DNA of 64,000 nt from a virus (Duplodnaviria > Heunggongvirae > Uroviricota > Caudoviricetes). Where the stretch lies: positions 1 to 64,000 of the IMG/VR virus record IMGVR_UViG_2939142107_000001, one strand, 5' to 3'. The position numbers were made by a program, and so were the translations under genes. The notes under the pieces are model-generated. The model made no database searches and had not been told where the DNA came from. It saw only the letters and a program-made list of their open reading frames with translations. The first letter of the stretch is position 1; each line of letters starts with the position of its first letter. This document shows positions 9,725 through 18,074 of this stretch, in pieces.

Positions 9725-10204
9725 TTATGTCCCAAGTGCTCTTTTTCTGCTTTGTTTGAGTGTTCTGATTTTACTGTCATAGGTTACAACATAGGCTGTT
9801 TTGAGAAGCCAATAGTCTCTACGTGCGGATAGCACAACAACGTAGTTTTCACACTCATTCCAGATTACCCACTCTTCAGTTGGTCCTCGTCTTTCAGACC
9901 AACATGATATATCGCAATGGTTATAATTCCTTATCATATGCGCGATCCAGCGAATTCGCTTGCACCGTTCAAGATCGGGTATACGTTCTTCTTCTTTTTT
10001 TCCCTCTGATACTAAATGCCAAAATCCGAACTCTTTCCCATCATATTCCGGTGAATAACGTAATCGAACAGGGAGACCCTTAAACGTTATATTAGAGATT
10101 AAAATGTCTTCTCTGACAACATCATATACATCGTCTATATACTCTTGCCAACTTCCATTGAAGTACAATAAATCTGGCATTTGAAGCATCAGCGAGCCTC
10201 CCAC
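9725..10204 (-). CDS. Hypothetical 159-aa protein. It is the small partner of the DUF3800-like gene, and its start overlaps the end of that gene by 16 nt.
   Basis: AT-rich, and translationally overlapping with the upstream gene. No recognisable motif. Confidence 0.55.
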   Translation of the reverse strand: MGGSLMLQMPDLLYFNGSWQEYIDDVYDVVREDILISNITFKGLPVRLRYSPEYDGKEFGFWHLVSEGKKEEERIPDLERCKRIRWIAHMIRNYNHCDISCWSERRGPTEEWVIWNECENYVVVLSARRDYWLLKTAYVVTYDSKIRTLKQSRKRALGT

Positions 10205-10893
10205 ACGAAAATATTAAATTTACTTTCTGTTGGAAGAGTGCTTTTTAGTAACTCCCTGTTTGTATGTGATTTTATCCTGTTTATGACTTGGATTTTTCCC
10301 GCGTTGCTATTCATTCCTCGATGAACGTAGCCTAACGCACCAATGAAAAGATCCGTTAGCTGCAATTGTTGCACTTCATGAGATCGTATATGTTGAATTC
10401 TGTTTATCGACTCATGATTGTAATCATAGCGATCATTGTGAAGAACCCCTCTTAATTTCTCAATTTTTTCAATACCTAAAGTATCTTTTATATCTAGGTA
10501 GATATTGTATGTGTTGTTACTTTCTATTATGTTTTTTAAGACATAAAAAAACATCTTATAATAGAAAGTATTATGATCTTGATGGAATCGAGCATGGTCC
10601 AGTTGCTCTTTATCAGGAACAACAACACCTCTAAAGCGCAATGCTGGGTTGCTGAAGAAGTAATCTACGACATCTAAGTAAAATTCAACTTTGGACGCAG
10701 ATACTTTAGTCCACTTGATTTCGAAATCAGGTTTTAGATTGTGTTTTAATTTTAATTCCTTGATGTCTCTAGCAATTTTTTTTGTGATAGAGCCAGGACA
10801 CCAAAGTGCACCCAATACCATGACTTTATTATGATCATTTAGTAGGTGACAGGATTCATCGCAGAATACATTAAATGTTCTTCGGTTCAACAT
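10189..10893 (-). CDS. DUF3800-like protein (234 aa). It has an N-terminal FCDES motif and a C-terminal QLTDLFIGAL motif.
   Basis: The D-E-S motif near the N-terminus and the Q-L-x-D-L motif near the C-terminus match my recollection of Pfam DUF3800. The gene is AT-rich and absent from the canonical P1 order. Confidence 0.55.
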   Translation of the reverse strand: MLNRRTFNVFCDESCHLLNDHNKVMVLGALWCPGSITKKIARDIKELKLKHNLKPDFEIKWTKVSASKVEFYLDVVDYFFSNPALRFRGVVVPDKEQLDHARFHQDHNTFYYKMFFYVLKNIIESNNTYNIYLDIKDTLGIEKIEKLRGVLHNDRYDYNHESINRIQHIRSHEVQQLQLTDLFIGALGYVHRGMNSNAGKIQVINRIKSHTNRELLKSTLPTESKFNIFVWEAR

Positions 10894-11061
10894 GTTAACT
10901 CCACTTATTGTTAGGTAGAATTGTCCGTTAGTTGTTTATTAATTGCAATAAAGGGACGTCCAGATTTGACAACTATGTCCTCTTACCAGGACACCTATGA
11001 GTTTGCCTCATGGCAAACTAGAGGTGTTGAAAGTATGCATGGTTATAATTAGAGCAATTCA

Positions 11062-11907
11062 TTACCCTCTGAATCCTGCCGGTATACCCCATTGTTCGTT
11101 ATCTTTATTTTTGGCTAAAACCGCATTAAGAGCTTCGTTTACCGTCATGCAATGCGGCAGATTATCGAAGTTTGATATCCCGCCAATATCAGGAGAACGC
11201 TTGTTCTTCAGGAAAGCATATTTCCGCGAAGCCGCCTCTACTTTCTGCTTGAACTCATGTTTTTGAGCGCGTTTTTTGGATAACCGCAGATTGTCTGCCT
11301 TTGCTTTTGCCTCAGCGATCCAGGAAGTCAAATTTTTGAGCCTGGTCGTTCCGGCACCGCCGGAAACTGATCTTTTTGTTTTTTTAATTTGTGACTTCTT
11401 ATTCTTTATTGCCACGTCATCCTGACAGGGGGAGGGGGTATCATTTTGACATGGGGGTGTGGATAAAAAATTAAATAAAGCCAATGTCTTAGCGAGAACA
11501 GCTTTAACCTTGGTTGCCGCTGAAGAGATCTTTAATTTGCTTTCAATCAGCGCATTTTTGGCTTGTTGTGCGAAGGCCAAAAAGGATGGTGTAAACCGGT
11601 ACAGGTTAGCGCGACGTTCATGGTGATCGCCGATAACAATCTCTACAGACAGAATTCCTTTGTTTACAGCTTCACGGAATGCACGAACGACGGTTGATTG
11701 GCTATAACCAGTTTCTGCCGCGATCAGGCGGTGAGGCTTGTGAATGAAGTATTCACTGGTTGTTGCCGCTAGATTTGCACATTGCGACAGGATATGCCCG
11801 GCGCTACGGGATAGACCGGAGTGTGTTACAAAGCAGGCCAATTCATAGCCAGAAAAAGTAAAATCGCTCATCGTTATACAGCTCAGGAAAGTGACTTTAG
11901 CCAGCAT
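11062..11907 (-). CDS. repL: RepL-like lytic-replicon initiator (281 aa), downstream of kilA in the C1-controlled operon. Alternative start MSDFTF at 11871.
   Basis: Synteny Op53-kilA-repL. It has a winged-helix region STVVRAFREAVNKGILS. Confidence 0.55.
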   Translation of the reverse strand: MLAKVTFLSCITMSDFTFSGYELACFVTHSGLSRSAGHILSQCANLAATTSEYFIHKPHRLIAAETGYSQSTVVRAFREAVNKGILSVEIVIGDHHERRANLYRFTPSFLAFAQQAKNALIESKLKISSAATKVKAVLAKTLALFNFLSTPPCQNDTPSPCQDDVAIKNKKSQIKKTKRSVSGGAGTTRLKNLTSWIAEAKAKADNLRLSKKRAQKHEFKQKVEAASRKYAFLKNKRSPDIGGISNFDNLPHCMTVNEALNAVLAKNKDNEQWGIPAGFRG

Positions 11908-11936
11908 TACAATGCTGGTGGTTCTTACTACGTCTG

Positions 11937-12737
11937 TTAGCGCGTTGCCGCGACAGGTACCAGCACACCAGCATCAAGCAATCGCTTCATCAGCCACTGC
12001 TGACCTTTGCCGGTTATACGAGTCGTGAAAGAAATCCTGCTTCCATTGCTTGTATCGATCACGGTTTCTTTAAGGGTGAAATACCCACGGGATATGTATT
12101 CTTGTTTGGGGACGTTCCTGCGTTCACCGGTTGCGATCAGAATTCCGTTATCACGCAACCAGGTGAAGAGATAGTTTTGGCCCAGGCCGAGCACTTTGGC
12201 ATAGTTGCCGATTAGAACCCCGCTAGCGGTAGCAACGCGTTCGGCGAATTCGACTTTAGGTGCATCCATAAGCATTTTTTGCTCCAGCCGTTGCTTTTGC
12301 TCTGCCAGGTCGGCAGCCAAACGGAGAGCTTCAGGGAGACTCTGCGGAATAGCTGGTTGTAATCTTCCGGCTCGATAGTCGATAAATGTCTGGTTTACCT
12401 TCAGCCGAAATGCGGGAGAAATCCAGCCTGCGTACTCCACAGCGAGCAATTCATGGGCAAAAGTGCCGCCGCCACGGCCTTCGAACGAAACTATGCAATT
12501 CTGCATAGTTTCTTTTTCAAGCTCTTCGATGAGCTGTTTGGCTGACAGCGTTCTTAGCCATTGAGCTGGCGCTTTATGGGCACCGAGTCCGCTCGCTCTG
12601 TGTAGAGCATTAAGGTTGTAACGGCCAGCGCAGTCGGTCGTAATTTCAACACCACAAATAACAGGCAGAGTGGTTGAAGGATCGACATTTTGATGAAGGT
12701 TTGATATATTCATATCCGCATTGAATGTTTGTTGCAT
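11937..12737 (-). CDS. kilA: KilA (266 aa): N-terminal KilA-N domain plus C-terminal antirepressor (ANT/KilAC-like) domain.
   Basis: Length equals P1 KilA. It has a C1 operator upstream. Its C-terminal domain is paralogous to Ant1 at 12901-13935. Confidence 0.7.
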   Translation of the reverse strand: MQQTFNADMNISNLHQNVDPSTTLPVICGVEITTDCAGRYNLNALHRASGLGAHKAPAQWLRTLSAKQLIEELEKETMQNCIVSFEGRGGGTFAHELLAVEYAGWISPAFRLKVNQTFIDYRAGRLQPAIPQSLPEALRLAADLAEQKQRLEQKMLMDAPKVEFAERVATASGVLIGNYAKVLGLGQNYLFTWLRDNGILIATGERRNVPKQEYISRGYFTLKETVIDTSNGSRISFTTRITGKGQQWLMKRLLDAGVLVPVAATR

Positions 12738-12806
12738 TTTTTCTCCAAATTTGCATCAACCTTCAATCACCAGCTCGAAATGGTGATTCTTTGCACTTAG
12801 AAAACG

Positions 12807-12824
12807 AAATTTATTAGAGCAAAT
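12807..12824. promoter_or_regulatory. C1 operator (Op53-like) aaatttattagagcaaat upstream of kilA-repL.
   Basis: It matches the reverse complement of the C1 consensus ATTGCTCTAATAAATTT with one mismatch. Confidence 0.6.
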
Positions 12825-12900
12825 TTTTCTGACTCGATCCAGATCGGGTTGGACGATCTGCTCAGAAACCTGCCAGTTAGCTGGCAGGTTTTTTCTTTTG

Positions 12901-13935
12901 TTAACCTATTGCTACTGGTTTTAACAAACCAGCATCAAGTAGCTTGCGAGTTAACCACTGCTGGCCTTTACCCGTTAATTGGGGCGTCAGCCGTATCTGG
13001 TAGCCATTTTCATCATCCAGCACCACTTCTTTCACCGTGAAATACCCGGCGTTGATGTACTGTTGGCGCGGTACGTTTTTGCGCGCTCCAAAAGCCATGA
13101 GAATGCCGTTCTGGCGCAACCATGAGAAAAGGGCGTTTTGCTTAAGTCCAACGACCTTTGCAAAGTTCCCGATCAGGATTCCATTGGCCACTGATACCCG
13201 GTCGGCAAAATCGACTTTAGGGGCTGCGGCCACCAGCTGTTGTTCCAACTGCATTTTCTGTTCTGCTAACTCGGCAGCCAGGCGTAGGGCTTCTGGTAAT
13301 GTCTGGGGGATCGATGGGGTAGGGGAGTTTGCCTGCTGTAACTCTTCCAGTTTGTCGATCAGCGAACGGCGGACCGCTTTTGACTCGCGCGCGGCAACTC
13401 GCAGGGCTTGTTTGTAGGTCATGGTTATAATATCTATTTCTGCGCCGTTTTTTTGACCTACGAAAATTTCGTAGGTTTCTCCTTCAAGCTCATCCTTAAC
13501 TCTGGCAATGAAATCATTGTTGCGAACTGGTTTTTCGCTACATAATTTCCGTGCCTCATTGACCATCTTCAACAATGTTTGGCTGTCGATTGTGTCTCCG
13601 GTGTTTGGGATGACATTCAGGGCTGGTGCTGGCGTAGCTGAAGCAACAGGTGCTGGTTTTTCAACATTTAAATTATTACCGGTCATTCTATGTGCCTCCT
13701 TTCTCATTTCTGCTGCCACTGTTGCGTAACGTAGACGTCCTTGTTCAATCAAATAATCCCTGATCTCGGCTATCAGTAGCCTGTTGATCACAGCCTTATC
13801 TGTTCGGGTATAAAAACGTCTGGTTATCATGAAATAGTTAGCAATTGCGCCGGGGATCTCCCGTGTCGGCATACAGGCAGTATGCAAGGCGATCGCTTCG
13901 ACTATTTCATTACGGGTGACGAGAGGTGTTTTCAT
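12901..13935 (-). CDS. ant1: Antirepressor Ant1-like (344 aa), the effector of the immI region.
   Basis: The C-terminal region is about 65 percent identical to the KilA C-terminus. It lies downstream of the icd-like ORF and the c4-like region, matching the P1 immI order c4-icd-ant. Confidence 0.65.
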   Translation of the reverse strand: MKTPLVTRNEIVEAIALHTACMPTREIPGAIANYFMITRRFYTRTDKAVINRLLIAEIRDYLIEQGRLRYATVAAEMRKEAHRMTGNNLNVEKPAPVASATPAPALNVIPNTGDTIDSQTLLKMVNEARKLCSEKPVRNNDFIARVKDELEGETYEIFVGQKNGAEIDIITMTYKQALRVAARESKAVRRSLIDKLEELQQANSPTPSIPQTLPEALRLAAELAEQKMQLEQQLVAAAPKVDFADRVSVANGILIGNFAKVVGLKQNALFSWLRQNGILMAFGARKNVPRQQYINAGYFTVKEVVLDDENGYQIRLTPQLTGKGQQWLTRKLLDAGLLKPVAIG

Positions 13936-14153
13936 AAACCCCCCTGAACGTCGGCAGAGAAGGGGAGGCTCCAGTAACTAAGTGAATTGCGCGAGTTAGT
14001 TGAAAAACGGGCAGTAAAAATGCAGGGGCCATCAGGCAATTGAGAGCGTGCTTCGTCTTCTGTTGCTGCGATAACGAAGTGATAGTGGTGTTTTTTACAG
14101 GAATAGAAACGCCAGATGAATTCTTGGCGTGCGCAAGGATTGGCATTAACCAT
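13932..14153 (-). CDS. icd: Icd-like small protein (73 aa). Its end overlaps the ant1 start.
   Basis: 73 aa, the same length as P1 Icd, and it overlaps ant1. Confidence 0.45.
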   Translation of the reverse strand: MVNANPCARQEFIWRFYSCKKHHYHFVIAATEDEARSQLPDGPCIFTARFSTNSRNSLSYWSLPFSADVQGGL

Positions 14154-14159
14154 AGTTAC

Positions 14160-14440
14160 GGCCTCGTAAGTTGATAAACAACCTGCGACCCGCTGCTAAA
14201 CAGGTGGCAGGACGTGACGGGGTTAGCAGACTGGCACTTACGAAACCAGCAGGCCGAAGCCTCCCCATCACGCCCCACCATAATTCGGGCGTAACGTGGT
14301 TTACGGACACAAAAATACCGCAATATCGGAAATCTGCGGTTGTCCGCGTAAGTATTCAGGCTGCTAAACCCGGTCGCAGAATTTGCTACGACGGCGGAAC
14401 TATAAGCCTGAACGATTAAAAGGTCAATATGATGCGAAAA
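14160..14440 (-). ncRNA. c4: Candidate c4-like antisense RNA and its target repeats in the leader of icd-ant. Boundaries are approximate.
   Basis: Non-coding on the minus strand between Op51 and icd. It contains repeated GCTGCTAAAC / GGTTAGCAG-type complementary elements at 14187-14197, 14213-14222 and 14358-14369. Confidence 0.35.
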
Positions 14441-14465
14441 GATAGCATTCGCGACTTAAAAATAC

Positions 14466-14483
14466 AAATTTATTAGAGCAGAT
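14466..14483. promoter_or_regulatory. C1 operator (Op51-like) aaatttattagagcagat at the head of immI.
   Basis: Consensus match, located upstream of the c4/icd/ant transcription unit. Confidence 0.55.
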
Positions 14484-14763
14484 TAGTGTCGTGCAATAGA
14501 TATATTATTTGTGATGAAAAATAATGCAGAGGGATATTGTAACTTTAAGATGGATATCAATAGTCGATACATAAATTAAGTTAGCAATAAACTATTAACT
14601 TAAGAAATAATGCAGATGGTGAACTTGTCTCTGACTTTTCAGCTATACACAATAAGTTAGGGATAGCTTATAAAAAGTTGATTAATTGATATAAGTCAAT
14701 GGGAGTATTCTTGTTTACTTTTCGTTCTCGTGGTAACTTCTCGCCGGTTTTTGTTTTTCTGGG

Positions 14764-15285
14764 ATGATTCTTATGTCTAAAAAGTATACTTTATGCGCTC
14801 TTGTTGTATCTGCAATTCTTCTTTCTGGGTGTCAATCTAGCGGTGCTGATTATGCTGCCGATGTTTATGATACCGCTCAATTGAATTCGAAGCAGGAAAC
14901 AAAGACAGTCAATATTATCTCTGTGCTTCCAGCTAAAGTGAAAGTTGATAATAAAGCTAATAAAGAAGCGGCACAGACATTTGGTGCGGTACTGGGAGCT
15001 GTTGCTGGGGGCGTTGCCGGTTATAATGTTAAAGGCACATCGACACTGGGTGCTGTAGCTGGCGGTACTGGTGGTGCGGCTCTTGGTGCAGCGGCTGGTT
15101 CTTTGGTTAGTGATAAAACAATTGTTGAAGGTGTTTCACTGACTTATAAAGAAGGAACTAAGGTGTTCACTTCAACTCAAGTTGGTAAAGCATGCCAGTT
15201 TACAACGGGGCTTGCTGTGCTTATTTCAACTAAAGATAATGAAACTCGAATTCAGCCAAATGCTACTTGTCCAGAAAAGAAATAA
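14764..15285 (+). CDS. Lipoprotein with a lipobox LLSGC and a glycine-zipper region (GAVLGAVAGGVAGY...). It sits at the sim position and is a candidate superinfection-exclusion protein.
   Basis: Signal peptide plus Cys. AT-rich. Probable start at MSKKYTL, position 14773. Confidence 0.6.
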   Translation: MILMSKKYTLCALVVSAILLSGCQSSGADYAADVYDTAQLNSKQETKTVNIISVLPAKVKVDNKANKEAAQTFGAVLGAVAGGVAGYNVKGTSTLGAVAGGTGGAALGAAAGSLVSDKTIVEGVSLTYKEGTKVFTSTQVGKACQFTTGLAVLISTKDNETRIQPNATCPEKK

Positions 15286-15288
15286 TTT

Positions 15289-15828
15289 ATGAATAAAATT
15301 ATTTTATTTCTAATCTTTTCTACGTTTAGTGTAGGCACTGCCTTGGCTAACTCGTTGCAAAGTCAAATTGCTGCTATTGCTCAAGCGGAAAATGAAGGGC
15401 GAGCTAAAGAGCAGCAAGCTGAGGATGCCAGAAAAGAACTTATTCGCCAACAAGCACAAGCTGAACGTATTAGAAGAGAAAAAGCAGCATCTGCCGCTGC
15501 TGCACGCGAAAAACAGCGTGTTGCTGCAGAAAATGAACGTAGAGCGAAACGAGAAGCCGAGCTAGCAAATGACAAGAAGCGAGATCAAGCTTATGAGGAT
15601 GAGCTTCGCAAGCTGCAACTCGAAAGCATGAAACTCGAACTGCAAGCAAAAGCGGCTCGTGTCCAGCGAGAAAACGATTTTATAGAGCAGGAGTTGAAGG
15701 AGAGAGCAGCTAAGACAGATGTAATTCAGTCTGAGGCTGATGCAAATAGAAATATTTCTACAGGAAGTAAAGATTTACTGCAAAGCGAAGGAAAAGCTAG
15801 AGAGAAGAAAGCTAGCAGTTGGTGGTAG
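15289..15828 (+). CDS. Secreted protein with a signal peptide and charged coiled coil (179 aa).
   Basis: N-terminus MNKIILFLIFSTFSVGTALA, followed by a long E/K/R/A-rich helix. AT-rich. Confidence 0.6.
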   Translation: MNKIILFLIFSTFSVGTALANSLQSQIAAIAQAENEGRAKEQQAEDARKELIRQQAQAERIRREKAASAAAAREKQRVAAENERRAKREAELANDKKRDQAYEDELRKLQLESMKLELQAKAARVQRENDFIEQELKERAAKTDVIQSEADANRNISTGSKDLLQSEGKAREKKASSWW

Positions 15829-15884
15829 TAATCACTACGATTGCGAGCATACTGTCACAAATGACAACTCGTAGAATCTGTTAA

Positions 15885-16475
<591 letters not shown>

Positions 16476-16485
16476 GGGAGCTGAT

Positions 16486-17097
16486 ATGGGGCTTAATGTT
16501 GCTTCAGTAAAGTCTTATGTATCTTCGGCATTAACGACGACATTATTTGGCTCCGGCGTTGGTGAGCGGGAAGTTGGTAAGCTGACGTCAATCATCATGA
16601 ACAAAATGCTGTTCGCGCAAGGATGGCAGTTCTCTGTCGAAGTTGATGGTCTGGAGGGGGCAGACTTCTTTGCTAAAGACATTACCTACCACGATTACAG
16701 CATCGAATATGAAACGATTAAAATCGGCGGAGGGAATATCCTTCAGCCAACGGAGCGTTCGCCTGGGCAGATAACAATGATGGTCAGGGATACCGTTGAT
16801 GGCCTCGTTTTGGACTGGTTTAAGACGGCAAAAAGTCGGGTGATCAATCCGGACGGTACCGGGAATATACCGTCTAAATATTTGCTCAATGTGCGTATTT
16901 ATCGGTTGCTGTCCTCCGGTTTAACCAAACTGGAAAATGAGATGACGGTATTCCCGGTCACTACCGGCGATGTCACCTATGCGCGAGATCAGGTTACTGA
17001 ATTTAAGTCATTCCCAATGACCTTCGCATTGCACAGCACGTTTAACCAATCCTCAAGTTCTTTGGCTTCCCTTCTGGGCTTTAGCTTTTCTCTTTGA
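16486..17097 (+). CDS. Tail tube protein, Tub-like by synteny (203 aa).
   Basis: Order pmgC-tub-pmgB-sit as in P1. Confidence 0.45.
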   Translation: MGLNVASVKSYVSSALTTTLFGSGVGEREVGKLTSIIMNKMLFAQGWQFSVEVDGLEGADFFAKDITYHDYSIEYETIKIGGGNILQPTERSPGQITMMVRDTVDGLVLDWFKTAKSRVINPDGTGNIPSKYLLNVRIYRLLSSGLTKLENEMTVFPVTTGDVTYARDQVTEFKSFPMTFALHSTFNQSSSSLASLLGFSFSL

Positions 17098-17111
17098 ATT
17101 AAGGAGCAAGG

Positions 17112-17993
17112 ATGCTTTTACCTCTTTTCCCGCTACCATCGCGGCCAACTGAATTGATCCAGTTCCGTCAGCCAAATATTGCTGATGCGATGCGTTTCAA
17201 CTCGATAACACCGGAGGAACAAGAACAACAGACAACGGCGTATTTAAAAGCCTTGCTGGCTGAACCCGCGAAACATGATCCCCTGACATGGACGGCGCAG
17301 GACCGGATTACCGCGTTATGGTGGATATTTACCGGCTCCCGTGAAACACCGGTCGAGACATTCACCTACACCTGTAAACATTGCGGTAAAGAGCATTATT
17401 ACGATTGCGATATGAATGCTCTGGCTGAAGATATCCAGGTCCTGGAAGTGGAACCTTTCATTGACGATATTGAGGTGTCTGTAGAGGGAGTACCTTATCA
17501 ATGGCGTATCGTGCCGCTTGATGGTTGGGCAATGGAAATGCTGGAGATGCGCCGTGCAGCATTGCCACCTGAAGACGACGCGGAATTCAAAGAAGCGATC
17601 GTTGATTTGCGTTTTTGGGAATTCGCTTATCAGTGTGAGCTTTATAACGATGTTAGCGGTACTCGTGAAGATCAGGCTGAGCGTCGTTATGAAACGATTA
17701 AACGGATGGCCATTGATACTGAATTTATGAAGCTGGCGGCACACATCCGACTGGCTCATGAAAAGCTCGAGCATGGTTTACCGTGCTACATCGATAAAGG
17801 TGAAATGCGTCTTCGTCTCCCGCCGCATAAATGCCCAAATCAGGATAAAAAGGAGTCCACAGAGGGTGCATATACCCGTCTGTGGGTGCCCTTTCGGGCT
17901 ACCGACTTCATTCCACAGGTGGGGATTGAAAAGCTATCAGACCTTAGTGTCCAACCTGGTTTTGTATGGGGGTATACCGATTCAGGACGCTGA
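17112..17993 (+). CDS. Tail morphogenesis protein, PmgB-like (293 aa).
   Basis: Synteny only. Confidence 0.45.
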   Translation: MLLPLFPLPSRPTELIQFRQPNIADAMRFNSITPEEQEQQTTAYLKALLAEPAKHDPLTWTAQDRITALWWIFTGSRETPVETFTYTCKHCGKEHYYDCDMNALAEDIQVLEVEPFIDDIEVSVEGVPYQWRIVPLDGWAMEMLEMRRAALPPEDDAEFKEAIVDLRFWEFAYQCELYNDVSGTREDQAERRYETIKRMAIDTEFMKLAAHIRLAHEKLEHGLPCYIDKGEMRLRLPPHKCPNQDKKESTEGAYTRLWVPFRATDFIPQVGIEKLSDLSVQPGFVWGYTDSGR

Positions 17994-18074
17994 AAGGCTT
18001 ACTGAATCCTATGCGTTTTTCCTGTTGGAGAAACTGGAAGAAAAACTTAAACCGAAACGGTAGGCGATAAGATC

